Of a stretch of 64,000 nt of DNA, positions 1 through 12,644 are shown in pieces. A program made the position numbers and the translations under genes. Position 1 is the first letter of the stretch; every line of letters starts with the position of its first letter. The notes under the pieces were generated by a model. It ran no database searches. It worked only from the letters and a program-made list of their open reading frames with translations, and had not been told where the DNA came from. The DNA comes from Eledone cirrhosa (Eukaryota): positions 182,280,001 to 182,344,000 of the forward strand of contig OZ024741.1 of the NCBI GenBank assembly GCA_964016885.1. The letters run 5' to 3'.

Positions 1-444
1 CCCCTCAAAATCGTAGGCTCATACCAAATGGCCTACATGAACCAATCTGCTTAGGCCTGATTGTTATATTAAATTATTAGCATAGGGACGACCTCTTTGG
101 TATGAATTGAGAGACATTCAGGTGCTTTTTCTAGCGGATCGGGTGACTATGTAGAAGCTTTCGTTTGGTTGTAGAACATGTAACCTCATGCATATATGTA
201 TGTGTGAGTGTGTGTGTTGGGTGGTATATGTAAGGATGGATTTCTCTGTCTTCTGAGACTGTCCATTTCCTGTGTTTTATAATAGTCACTGATAGCATCA
301 GCTGTCAGATATTTTTACATTATTCCGCGAAATATTGTAAACCGACGCCAAGCATCTTGGAATTAGAACAAACCAATATCTTGTCATTGACACAGCACAT
401 GTATCAAAAGAATAATGGAGTTATTGCCAAAACGTAACTCATAG

Positions 445-529
445 ATATATTTATATGGTGCCGAAAGAAGAAGAAAGAAGCACCTGACCAATATGAGGTG
501 TCTACGATTTCGTATGAAGAGCTCACGCG
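445..529 (+). CDS. Candidate internal host exon (possible juxtamembrane tail: IFIWCRKKKKEAPDQYEVSTISYEELT)
   Basis: Bounded by tag| and |gtaaac. Open frame reads hydrophobic residues then a basic cluster then Tyr motifs. The acceptor pyrimidine tract is weak. Confidence 0.25.
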
Positions 530-685
530 GTAAACACTTCTCGTCATTAACTATGCTTATGCTATACAGGAAGACATGACTATTACACACGCAAAAATGT
601 CTATCTCATTTATAAATCTGAGACCGTCTAACTGTAAAAGTATTTTTTTTTTTTTTATATATCAATGGTTTAATTACTAGATCTC

Positions 686-998
686 GGTTCCGACGACGAG
701 TGTTCCAGCTGTTCGAACAATAAAAAAGCCTGCGCGTGAAGTTAGCGTGCAAATTGCTGAGTATTTCACAGATATTTTTACCCAATAACGCTGTTCTCAG
801 GGAGATTCAGCATGACATAATGTGTGATAAGGCTGACCCTTTGAACTTCAGGTAAAACACATTTTTTTCCAGCCGAGTGGACTGGAGGAACGTGAAACAA
901 AGTGTTTTGCTAAAACCCACAACATGCTGCCAGGGTTCAAACTCATGACCTAACAACAGGGAGCCCAACGCCCTAACCACTAAAACTCGTGCTTTCAC
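686..998 (-). mobile_element. tRNA-derived CORE-type SINE (family B), degenerate
   Basis: Reverse complement aligns by eye with the full copy at 37189-37500 (tRNA head, CORE-like block, actcgtcgtcg tail). Confidence 0.75.
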
Positions 999-1009
999 AA
1001 TATGTTAAT

Positions 1010-1150
1010 AATGGTTTCGGATTTAGGCACAAAACCAGCAATTTGAGGGTTAGAGAAAAGTGGAATAAATTGACACCAGTATTCTACTGGTACTATTTTA
1101 TTGATCGAGGAAGGAGGAAAGACACAGTTGATCATGCTATGATTTGAAAC
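1010..1150 (-). mobile_element. SINE family A, degenerate 3' part
   Basis: ggcacaaaaccagcaa...tactggtactattttattgatc...gaaag resembles the family A copies. Confidence 0.65.
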
Positions 1151-1225
1151 AATGTTTTTTATAATATTAAGTGAAAATATCTACATTTCTAACAACATAA
1201 TATGATCAATATATATATATTAAGT

Positions 1226-1340
1226 GAAGGCGCGTGGCTGAGTGGTTAGAGAATTGGTTTCGTAATCGTGATATCGATTCCCGGACCGGCGATGCGTTAT
1301 GTTCTTGAGCAAGACAGTTTATTTCAAGTTGCTCCTTGTC
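1226..1340 (+). mobile_element. SINE family B, 5' part
   Basis: gaaggcgcgtggctgagtggttag head (A box), then tgttcttgagcaagacagtttatttc CORE-like block. Confidence 0.75.
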
Positions 1341-2165
1341 TGGATTTGCGACCGACAGATAATATTAATAATTGGAAAGACCAAGGGAAACATTGTTTCC
1401 TCGGTCCGATTTGATGAGCTCCACCCCAATCGTTAAGCGAATGAGGTCTGGGATCTTGTCGATGGACTGTCGATACATATATATATATATATATATATAT
1501 GTACATATATATATACCGATTAAAGTAAATTGTAAAACGCATTATCTTATTGGGTTTTATTTTTACTTCAATATATTGAAGGCTAGATCTTGTTTTTGTT
1601 TCATTCCAATTCGACCTTGATCAACCTAGCAAAACTAGAATAAAAACAAAATAAAAGTAGACTTATCTAAAATTAAATTATTCAATCCATGCTTTTTTTT
1701 AACGATAGCAGCATTTGTTCGAGATAAAATTCGGCTGCTATTGCTAGCAAGTGGAGCAATCACATAGAGACTCCTTCGTTAATTCACAAAATCCTCCTCT
1801 GCGGCTGGTTGAGTCAATTGTTTGTTGAACTGAAGCCGAAAGGACGATGACTCGTATTGTGTAACTTGTGAGTTTTGTTTGTAACTAAGTTACATTACTC
1901 TTAAACTGAAAACCAACTAACTAAATACATATCATACGTGATATTTCTTTCTACCAGAATCGACAAGGGAAGCACTGTATAAGTGATGAGTGCTTTGTTC
2001 CTCTGTTGTACTGAATTCAAATACTGTTATGTATATATACAGCCTGGATAGTGATGGAATCTGTTTTGCTTAACTGTCCCTGATAAGCTACAAGAGTACT
2101 TAGCGTTTTATCCAAAACTTATCAGGGCTGTGGTGGTCACCATTATCATGTTTTGTCTCTTGCAG

Positions 2166-2250
2166 TCGACTGTAGTAATTAAATCAAGAAGTATCATGGC
2201 GTAGTTCATAGCACTATATGATTTTACAGTTCTTTGTTGTAAGCAATAAA
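2166..2250 (+). other. Candidate terminal exon with polyA signal
   Basis: Strong acceptor ttttgtctcttgcag|. Phase-compatible with 445-529 (gives ...R-R-L-stop at 2173-2175). AATAAA at 2245-2250. Confidence 0.2.
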
Positions 2251-2498
2251 AATTCTTCATATATTTATCGATATTTGGTTAGTTTAGGTTGTATCTCCTC
2301 GAGCTATAATAGTTATGGATACTACTAATTAAATGAATAGAATATTTTATATTTTCTAGAATTGAGCAACTTTATGGATATTGTAATTTTCATGTATTCT
2401 CAAAGCAAATTATCGGCGTAAGTGAATTAATATAGACTTAAACAGAAATCGCGCTGCAAAATCTCCTCGTCCCTTCACATGGCCAAATACTTGTAGTA

Positions 2499-2686
2499 AT
2501 AATTGTTTCTACTATTGGCACAAGGCCAGCAATTACCCAGTACATTACTGGTACTTTATTTTATCGACCTTCGTAAGGATGAAAGGCAAAGTTAACCTCG
2601 GCGGGATTTGAACTCAGAATGGCAAGGGCCGTAACTCTATGCGTCAAAGAATGGCGTCCGACCCTCTACCGATACTGCCAATTCAC
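2499..2686 (-). mobile_element. SINE family A, near full length
   Basis: Near-identical in reverse to 30808-31000. Confidence 0.9.
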
Positions 2687-3949
2687 TTGTAGTAATAATG
2701 TAATCAGATACTGCATGATACAAGGGGTAGACTGACAGGAAGCCAAATTGACGACTATTGTTCTATCTCTAAATCTAGAATGAGTGTAGCAAAATCTATT
2801 TCACATCCACGGTAAATATGCGATTTCATCTCGACTATTCTATGTACCTATAAAGATATAGGATATCACAGATACTAGACATTTATTCTACTAAAAAAGA
2901 ATGTATTTCCTAGGTCTCTCTATAGTTATGTTGGAGCATAAGAGTATTTTAATCATTGTTTGCAAATCTTTATTCGTTCTATCGTTATAAAAATGTCAAA
3001 TGTGGGTGTTGTGAATGTTATGAATAAGCTAGCGCCACCATTTATGGCCATATTAGAAAGAATGAGACGGAGAATTCTCGAAGATAAATTGGCGACTGCT
3101 TATTTAAACGCGTTAACTAATTTACATTTCTTTACAATAGTTTAGAGTAGTTTCAAACCTCTTTATCAGCCAAACAGGACTCGAGTAAAGTTATAATTTG
3201 AAATCGTTTTAAAAACGATTTCACCTGAGAAATGCTTCTGAAGCATTATATTAAATTTACTTTAAAATCAATCTAATTTATTCTGATTGGCTACCGCTTT
3301 CCTTTATCTCGTTCCGATGATTGTGTAGGAATAATATCTCTCTATCACTATTTAGAAGGAATCAACATCTTATACAATGCGATTAACCAATACATGAAGA
3401 TATTATCTGCTACTAGAATGTTCGTATTTGAGATTTCATTATTTGTTTAGTTTGTTTAATCTGATTCTTCAGAGATATAGCCGTGATTACAATGTATATC
3501 AAATAGAATTAAGTACTCTGTCAATTGAAAATATTTGAAATGCTTATGTTTGTAATTGTCATCCGAATAAAATATCACGATAAGTGAACACGAAGTTCTG
3601 CAATACGGTGTTTGCAAAAACGTGTGTACTATTACAAAGAAAGTAATTATATACATAAAACTCTTCGTCACTTCGTGAATGAAGTATGTGTCTTGCGTAC
3701 GAGATCTTGGTTTAGATTCCAATTTTAGTAATTTAATTTTAAGTTGTCGAATCTTTTGTATATGCTGTTATCCAGAACATCTTTAGAAGGGAGCCGGAAC
3801 CATTTTTTGAAACACGATTTCCATATCTACACATGATAAATAGATAAATGTATTCATTCGCTTTCAGCGTAATTAAATAACGTGGTAACATGTCAAAAAA
3901 TAAATCAGATCATTATGAAAAAAATATATCTTTAACCTGTGGACTCACT

Positions 3950-4082
3950 GATAATGAGTACCATCTGTCACTGGTGGGGTGTTAACTCTAAACTGGACAG
4001 GCGTCCTGTCCGTGGTGCTGCCTGTCACTTAAGGACTACGAAACCGGAATAAGCACCGCGGCTTGATGAACTTCTAGGCCGC
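3950..4082 (+). mobile_element. Old SINE fragment with V-domain-like block
   Basis: aatgagtacc...ggggtgttaact...ggacaggcgtcctgtcc...ctacgaaaccggaataagc resembles central domains of invertebrate SINEs. Recognised from memory only. Confidence 0.35.
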
Positions 4083-4604
4083 CTCATTATTCGTTTGATA
4101 TATGAGGAGGCTTCCACTGCTACACCTCTTTCGGTATCCTTCCAGCTTCTATTTTTAAAACATGGTTGCCTTTAACTGTTTGTTCTCAGTATTAAAATTA
4201 CAATTGGCGCAACGTGTGCCTGTATGACTGTACAGAAAGACACACAAATAAAAGGAAATCATCTGACAGCTTGTCAAACGGGGATAATGTATGTATATAT
4301 GTAGAGTATGAGGCGGTCGTTTTGGTGGAATTGTTAGAATGCTTAGCGATGTTCGTTTCTGCTCTCAACGCTCTTTATGTTCAAATCCCGTCGTTGTAAA
4401 TTTTTACTTTTATCCTTTCGTGGTCGATAAATAATTACCTCTCTTGCACCGGAGTCAATCTCTTTTTCTCTATCACTCTCCGTCTCTTGAAGAAATCCCC
4501 TTTGTTCATACATACATAAATACATACGCATAGTATGTATATATGTATGTGCGTAGATAGAAATAAAATATATAATCTCTAATATATTTTCTTTTTCTTT
4601 TCAG

Positions 4605-4701
4605 ATCTCATTATTTAAAATCCTAGAAATATTCTGGAATTTAACTCTCTTAGTAAAACATTGTCGAACATTTATCTGCTTCTCTCCAGCTGGAGTGAAA
4701 G
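4605..4701 (+). other. Candidate exon, probably non-coding (UTR or lncRNA)
   Basis: Near-consensus acceptor ttttctttttcttttcag| and donor aag|gtaagt enclose 97 bp of unique sequence. Confidence 0.35.
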
Positions 4702-4799
4702 GTAAGTCATCTTCAATGCACATACGTAACATTGTTAATTGCAACTATATTTTTTTACCAGAAGCATCGGAACATTATGGATAATGTTGACTAAGTTAT

Positions 4800-5130
4800 A
4801 AACGCCGGTATCCCAGATGAGCTTTCCAGTTCATCGGAACAGCCTGTTTGTGAAATTAACATATAAGTGGTTGAACATTAAGCAGACACGCCCACATTTA
4901 GTGTAATGTCCACAGGTTCAGTGTGATACGATGTGTGACAAAGCTAGCCCTTTGAATTGCTGGTAAAATCCACCTGAGAGGGTTTCTAAACAGTTTCTGT
5001 CTACCAATTGTTCTCAAAAAGTTTGGATCGAATAGGATTTAGGGAAACTGACACTTGCCTAAGATGTCACTCAGTGGGATGGAACTTAAGACCTTATTAT
5101 TGCAAAGTGACCTTCTTAACCATTTGGCCA
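4800..5130 (-). mobile_element. Degenerate SINE family B and related fragments
   Basis: ttccagttcatcggaacagcctgtttgtgaaattaac and gtgacaaagctagccctttgaatt match family B in reverse. Confidence 0.6.
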
Positions 5131-7036
5131 TGCTACGTCCAGGCGTTAACAGCATGGCCTAAGGTCTGTATGACGGTCAGGTTTCTTCGAATAATTACAC
5201 AGAGAAGAGCCTGCTACCATCACTTCCCACAATCAAAATTATTAAGATACATGCCAACGAGGAAGCATGTTATTCGCTTGACCAGCTATATATAGCAGCC
5301 ATATACCCTTCATTTTACACCCTCCAGTGCTTTGTGAGCAATTAAATTTGCTTCGCAACTACATAGTTTCGGTTTCAATCCTACCGCACAGCATCTTAAA
5401 ACGCGATTTCGCCCAAAACATACTAAGGAGAATTTAATAGACGAAAACTGTAAAAATCTACTTTCTGATGGACCGTTCATTTTCTTGAATAGTAGACTGA
5501 ATCAGTTATCTAGTTTAATGTCACCATCTCGTACCTTGTCTATGGTTTGAAGATGATAACATCCGTTCTCTACCAGTCTCTCGGGAGACAGGATGATCAC
5601 GGTTGGAATGTCTTTCATATGCACCATCAGGTGTGATCTGGGGCTAAACGTCAACAACATCCTACGAGAGGAAATGGAACTTCTTACTATCTTTCTTCGT
5701 TTCTGCCTTCTTCATTCATAACCAAAATAAAGCTATTTCTAACATAGTTTCAGACGATCGTATATCATTCGTCGAACTCCATATCGTTTCGTATAATCAA
5801 AGCTACCACTTTCAAATATCCCGCAACTTCAAAAGACGTCACACAGATTTTGTATATCATCTTGTTTCGGTGGTAGGGACAAATACTGGACTTGATACAC
5901 AGTAAAGTCATGTGAGTTAGTATTTTAAGCTGTGATTATGTCACAGTCAGATCAAGCTTATACTATAGGTAAATGAGCCTTAGTCAAGAATAGTTCGGGT
6001 AGGAAATCTGTCTTTCATACGTCTACATATGGTTGTAAGTAAACGAGTGTTGACGAACTACAATGATAATGAAATGCATGCATCCACATACACCAATGCT
6101 GAGGTAGCTCTTTACGATACTTTCAGCGAGACTAAAATGCATAAACATACATAGATTCATACGCGCTTCTTTTACGAATTAAAGCTTATTTAGACAACCG
6201 TGAAAATGCTAGATATTTACTTCGAAAGATATTATTTAGTTTAGCTCTCCCGTTCAATTACCATGTTTTTTTTATTGTTTTGTTTTTTTTAAGATCACCT
6301 CGGTGTTTTCAATGTTTTTTATGGGCGTTACAGAATAGATTTGATTTATTTTCACTCTGTATACAGTAAAAGCGATATAACGTTTGATTAAATAGAATTT
6401 TGTTCATCTATAGTTTCTGACGTTTACATAAGCTTTAATCCCTCTCCACACACACATATATTCACAATTATAAAATAAATGTCTACATTACTATGCCTTG
6501 CATGTGGCTTACTTCACGGCTGAGTCGACAATTTCTTTACTGAGGACCTGATCTTTAGAAGCTATGGTGACATTTTAAAAAAGTTCTCTACCCTATCTAT
6601 TTTGATTGTACTTTTCATTACTGATGGTGACTTTTCTTCTGATTACGGTTGTAATTTCCTCATCGCATGAAGTATGGTAGATTGCACTTCTCCTCTCTCC
6701 TAATCCATCTCTTATTACCCTTCGACAAAATTACACTCCCATGTTGTTGGTCAACCCAAGGCTACAATAGAAAAATGTGTTTGGTGTCCTGGTCAATATT
6801 TATGATACTCTGCTTCATTCAAGTTCCAAACGTTAAAGTTGCATTGAGGTTAATACATGTTATTTAAGCAACATGTTATTTAAATCTAATGCTATTTATT
6901 TTGAATTGAAATTATACATTCCAACTTCGAAATTATATTGTAGCTTCAGTATAAAACTCATAATGTATTCGAATTTATGTTTCTTTGTCTTTGATTTCAT
7001 CCTAGTCAATCGTATATATATATATATATATATATA

Positions 7037-7823
7037 TCTTATATCTATTTGTGAAATGGGTGGTGGTTGAAATTCAGATGTGCACGGTTAAATGGTAGTA
7101 GACGTGGTCGGACGGAGATGAAAATTTATACACCTATGTAAAAAGTGCCAAGGAAGCAAATAAACGAGGTTTCAAATCTCTAACTTGAAAAATGTGGTCC
7201 CTAGGGCCCCCAAACGGTCTATTTACTATCGCGTTCGGTGAGTTATTTCCCCCTGTTCTAATACTTGGCTGAGTTATTTACAATTTCATACAAAATTTTA
7301 AACTCATCAACGTTCTTTCGCTGTTAACATACAGTACCAATAATTTGAAAAATACTATTGAAAGTTTATTATAAAGAAGCAGTTTCTGGAAAAAGTGTGA
7401 ACTATCATACAAACCTTCGTAATATGCATTTTTAAACTTGCATATCATCGACATTGCTATTTCACTGTTAATAAACTATCATCCTTCTACATTTAACGAT
7501 CGGTCACTGATTCCATCAAAAGAAATAAAACCCTTAAATTGCGAAGAAGGGACGCGTGTTTTTATTTTAATTTTAATACATCTTAACCACCACTAACAGT
7601 AAGTACTATTTTTCAAATTGCATATCATCGACATTGCTATTTCGCTGTTAATAAACAACGCTTTTCACGTCGCTCCACTTCTCATTGTACGCCGTCCAGC
7701 CCCAAGTGCATGTTTCTATTTTTTTTCCTGAAACTGCTTCTTTATAATAAACTTTCAATAATATTTTTCAAATTATTAACTTAATAAAAAGTGGCCCCGG
7801 GTGCAACCAGGCTCAGCTGCTAG
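7037..7823 (+). mobile_element. Non-autonomous Helitron-like element
   Basis: 5' TC after (TA)n. 3' GC-rich hairpin-like ccccgggtgcaaccaggc followed by CTAG|T. Internal ~43-bp duplication (7434-7476 / 7615-7656). Confidence 0.65.
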
Positions 7824-7879
7824 TATATGTATATATATATATATAAATTAATAAAAGTCAAGTATACCTTTTTATTAGT

Positions 7880-9585
7880 GGAACCCGTTTCTTCTACAAC
7901 TACAACGGTACGCGATGGGGCCCACCCACAGCCCCGGCGGACAGAATGTAGAAGGCGTTTCCCCGGAGGATGGCGAGGGAGACGCGCTGGAAGAGCAACT
8001 CCAACTTGCAGGGCTCACACCTACGGCTGGCCAGCTCAGCGCCTATGGTGGTGAGTAAGGAGGTAGCCCTGGGGCCGAGGACACCAGAAGTCTCCACTAC
8101 CAGGGGTACGACCGCAAACCTGTCGGAGAGCGACCGGTATTTGAGGAGTTTGGCCCACTCAGCCCGACGTGCAGCAGAACCTGGGTCAGTCACAGACTGC
8201 AACAGGTTGCGGCTGCAGAAAGTGTCGGTGCAAGTGGCATCCCAGACGAGGGGTTTGCCACCGCGGAACGGGAAGATGGTCATGCCGTCTGGCCTTTTGA
8301 CGTCCCCTCGATCCATCCCCACCGGCTCGAGCTGGGAAGGGAAAGCATGCAGCATCCAAGCCACGCTTAATGACCTCGTTGAGGGAAGCATCGCGTGGAA
8401 TGCGGCCGGCACTGTGGAAACAGGAAAGCGAGTGGAGGCCGAAAGAGTCCACGTTGGAACCGCAGCGACATTGGTGTGGCTGGCAGATCCGGAGGCCGAG
8501 CCTCATGAAAACGCCGATGTGCAGGCTATGGTTGTCTAGCTGCGTGCCAGTGGAGAAGGAGGGCAGGGCATGGAGCCAGGCACCACTGTGGGGTTTGAGG
8601 GCCGCACGAAAACAAGCAGGGCGGTGCTGGTCGAGCTGGCGCGTGAGCCTGTCTGAGGCCAGGCTGCACTGGATGGCATCCCAAGTGCGTTGAGGGGACT
8701 TGACGTCAACAGGGGGAGAAGGAGGAGGGACGTCCACTGGGCTAAGTTCCAGCTGGTCCCACGACTCACAGGCGGTCTCGCGTTCTCTGAACACAGAGGG
8801 TTCTGTTGTTTTTTGAAGAACCCTGCTGACGAGGACGCGGCACGAGGTTACCGACGAAAGATACGCCGGCAAAGCTAGTGAGATCGGGGACCGGAGGCCA
8901 AGGCCGCCATACCTGACAGGTAAAGAGGCCTGTTGCCACCCTATGTCGTCAAACTTGACGTAGCATATCTCTTCGGCTGCTGCTCGGATACAAGTATCAA
9001 GGTCAGCGAGGAGAGATGTCTGGGTGTAGCACGAAGCGCTGCGGAATGTATGGAGGAGCTTCGGCATGGCGAAGCAGTTCCTCAGCAGAAAGAGATCTGG
9101 GTGGCCGTCAATCAAGCCCAGTCGGCTCGTGAGAGCCTAGAGCTGATGAAGCCTGGACCTGATGGTGGAGTGGATGGCCAGCGGGGCTCCATAAGACAGG
9201 TAGGCCAGCGTGTAGGCAGAGGGGGCTCGGCTGAGGCAGGCCTCGAGCAGATGATCCCGTCGTAAAGAGTTGAAGGCATTCCTCATGTCAAGCTTGACAA
9301 TGAGGTGCCTGGAGTCCCTGGATACCGGTTCCGATGGGCAGCTGCTGAAGAACTGCCTGGTTGCATTAGCGGCCCCCTCACAGCCACCGGACATGCCGAC
9401 ACCCAGTTGCACCGGACTAAACTCCTCACCCAGTTCGTGTGTTACGGACTTGCAGATCACCTTGGCAGCCATCCTCCGGAAGAGATTGCGCACAGCAATG
9501 GGGCGTATGCCACCCTCTTTCTTCCTGAGAGCGGTGAGGCTGGCCGAAAAAACGAGGCCTCGGGCGATCTGGTGCAAACTTGTTA
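7880..9585 (-). mobile_element. CRE-clade-like non-LTR retrotransposon (RT + restriction-like endonuclease); 5'-truncated, internally deleted, frameshifted
   Basis: RT motifs LTALRKKEGGIRPIAV, PVQLGVG, KLDMRNAFN; QASLPVRYGGLG; Zn motif CRCG...HSLSC; RLE motifs KRPDG...VWDATC...AE..K..KY...ETSG...QRVSLAILRGNA. The RT segment carrying QGDP/YxDD is missing near 9180. Confidence 0.9.
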
Positions 9586-9792
9586 ATTAGTGAACACGTT
9601 TAATACTAAGTCAAGCTTCATTCTCGACAGTCATGTCCTTTTATATCTAAATCATCGTCGATGTAGTTCAATGTGCCCAGTTGTCTCTAACCTTTGGCAC
9701 GATAAGAGTTCCAATCATTACTGAGATACTTATAAAGAAATCTTATACATTAATAGAAAGAATATATATGTAAACAATGCTTTCCTTTGTGA

Positions 9793-9862
9793 AAGCTAAG
9801 CAACGTCGCGCCTAGTTAATACTTAAATGGATAACCGCTTGGGAAATCTAGGTGCTGTAAAC
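9793..9862 (+). pseudogene. 5'-truncated 5S rRNA pseudogene
   Basis: aagctaagcaacgtcgcgcctagttaatacttaaatggataaccgcttgggaaatctaggtgctgtaaac aligns to the 3' ~70 nt of animal 5S rRNA with many substitutions. Confidence 0.85.
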
Positions 9863-10079
9863 ACCATTATTTTATATATTGTGTTTTTGACACGGTTATT
9901 TTACGATGTAACTTTAATTGTAAGCTGTAAGTAGTTTACAGTTATGAATCAACGAGCAATCTACACGCTGCAATAATCTATATTTACTTTTTAAGTGTCA
10001 TACAATGGGAACGCAGACATTGCTGAATAGTTCACTTCTCAATCATGAAGTATTGATATTGAGTTCACTACGTGCAATC

Positions 10080-10320
10080 TTAGCCAATTGTCTATCATAA
10101 TAAAATTGTATGGATGGAAACTGTATGGAAGCTCTCGGGTTTATTATACCTGCAATTCACACGTGTAGCATTGTCATAGTTTCATGCAGAATCTATCTGA
10201 GAATTACGTTAAGTATACACGTGTCTGTAGCAAGTTCAGCACGTTACATGTTAATTCACGAATCGGATGTTTAGTTGATCAATCAACTAAATGTTCATCG
10301 TCGAAGCCGATAGAGGACCC
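10080..10320 (+). mobile_element. Degenerate SINE family B fragments
   Basis: gaatctatctgagaattacgttaag...gttaattcacgaa...gttgatcaatcaact...catcgtcgaagccga matches the family B body and tail. Confidence 0.65.
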
Positions 10321-11366
10321 ATCATCATCATCATTAGAGTATGATATACATTCAGTTCACTTAACTCAGAGATGGGTCTTTGATGACAGTATTTGTATTT
10401 CGAATAAGTATCTGTATTTTAGTGCACATATCATTCTTTTTACTCTGGTTTCAGTTATTAGAGTGCGACCATGCTGGGGCACTACCTTGAATGAATTCCG
10501 TCCAACATATCGACCTCAATAGATAATTATTCAAATGTGGCACTTAATTTATTAATCTCATTTGAAGCCGGCTAAACCTACCCAGGTGTGAGCAATTCTA
10601 CTGTTTAATTAGGAAGAAGGAGGGAAGGAGAATTGTGTTCTCAAACCAAAGACCTGACTCGAATATTTGCAACAAAGTGACCTCCACTAAAGATATCCAA
10701 GGGCCGTCGTGATTCAAAAAGACAGTTTATGTTAGGAGATGACATTAACTGCCGTATCCATCGATGCTGATATTGAATTCACTCACCTTTATATATCCTT
10801 AACCTCTAAGCATACACGTTTAACTTTGTGATTCACATTCATAATAATTATTATTTGTCATACTGGATTAATGTTTGTTCACGTATTTGTTATGATGTAT
10901 TAATCTTTACCCTCAATACTACTACTTATTTACAGTGGCTGCAGGCTTATGTTCTGTGTGGGAAGACCATAATCTACTGTTATAACTGTTATTTGTCTTA
11001 TTCTGTCTTACGTTCTCATTTACTGTTGCATTTTCTCTCTCTCTCTCTCTCTCACACACACACGCACACTTTTTCTCACTTCATTTATAGAGAATTGACC
11101 TCGCTTCAAAAAACAAGAAACCAAAAAAAAAAAAAAAACGCCCACGTCTTATTTTCATTTAATCCATTTCGTAGAAATATTCAAGATATGTATACACTAC
11201 TAAATATGTATACATATTCAGTAGCACATGAGGAAATATATGTACACATACGCCTACACACAAGCAAAAATATACCTGTACAGATACATAAATACACAGA
11301 AACATTGACAGTGAGTGAGTGTGTGTACTGTGTATTTTAGAGATGACTTTCATGCCTACATATATA

Positions 11367-11545
11367 ATTGTTTCTACTTTTGGCACAAGGCCAGCAATTA
11401 ACCCAGTGTATTACTGGTACTTTATTTTATCGACCCCGTAAGGATGAAAGGCAAAGTTAACCTCGGCGGGATTTGAACTCAGACCATAAAGGGCCATAAC
11501 TCTTTGCTGCAAAGCATGGCGTCAGACCATCTACCGAAATGCAAA
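11367..11545 (-). mobile_element. SINE family A
   Basis: Near-identical to the other copies of the family. Confidence 0.9.
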
Positions 11546-11785
11546 TATATGTGTGTAGAAAGTTTGCTGTGGGTTTATCGGCAGGTGTATGCGCGTGTAT
11601 TTATATGTAAACGTGTGTGTGTGTGTGTGTGTGTGTGTTTGCGTGTACACATAAAAGATGATTTTCAAATGAATAAAATATGATAAATTGGTATATTCTC
11701 CGTATTTAATGATGTTAAATCATATAAGATTACCAAAAATCCTCCGTTAATTTTTGCTTTGTTTTAAAAATCATTTCATACATAT

Positions 11786-11827
<42 letters not shown>

Positions 11828-12034
11828 GTGTCATCTATTTCAATAATAATGTATTATTGATCTATATTTGCTGGCCGATTAAGGTCAGTAGATCTGGCTG
11901 CAAGAAAGCCCGACACGGATTAAGAGAAGTTCAGAGATGTAAATACAAAGAAACTACGGCAAAAATTAATTGTTTCAAATCCCAGTGTAAACCCGATTTA
12001 CTTAATTATAATCTCAAAGAAAGTCAGCTATCTT

Positions 12035-12069
12035 TGTGTGTGTATGTGTGTCTGTTGAAGTGTGGTGGT

Positions 12070-12104
<35 letters not shown>

Positions 12105-12215
12105 TGTGCGTGTGTGTGTGTAAGTGTGTGTGTGTGAGTGTGCGTGTGTGTGTGTGTGTGCGCGTGTGTGTGGGCGTGTGTATGTATGAATGTGTATGAA
12201 TGTATGTATGTGTGA
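12035..12215. repeat. Imperfect (TG)n microsatellite
   Basis: Visible dinucleotide run. Confidence 0.95.
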
Positions 12216-12399
12216 ACAGTTTTTTTGTCTTCTAGTAATCCAATTAAAAATCTGGTTGCAGATTATGCTGTTTTTCTAGTTTGTTTCTCGTTATTTCCTC
12301 ATAATCATTGTGTAGTTTATTCAAAACAACATCGTTCCTGGCTGAGATGTTATTTTGAAGGTAAAAACTAATTCACATACATTTATATATCAAACTATA

Positions 12400-12588
12400 A
12401 TAATTGTTTCAACGTTAGGTACAAGGCCAGCAATTACCCAGTGCATTACTGGTACTTTATTTTATCGACCCCGTAAGGATGAAAGGCAAAGTCAACATCG
12501 GCGGGACTTGAACTCAGATCGTAAAGGGACGTAACTATGCTGGAAAGCATGGCGTCCGACTCTCTACCGATACTACCAATCCACCGCC
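12400..12588 (-). mobile_element. SINE family A, full length
   Basis: Includes the ggcggtggattggtagtatcgg head on the minus strand. Confidence 0.9.
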
Positions 12589-12644
12589 CTCTATAATAAT
12601 ATACCTTATATACAGTTAATGCGGTGTGGTAAATAAATATATAC

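Noticed and set aside
2078-2128. Inverted repeat CCCTGATAAG/CTTATCAGGG with CTGATAA-GCTA...TAGC, suggesting an HHR or pre-miRNA
   Set aside because: GTTT stands where GAAA is required, and the hairpin interior pairs poorly.
7970-9590. Plus-strand ORFs of 60-190 aa
   Set aside because: They are antisense shadows of the GC-rich CRE-like coding sequence.
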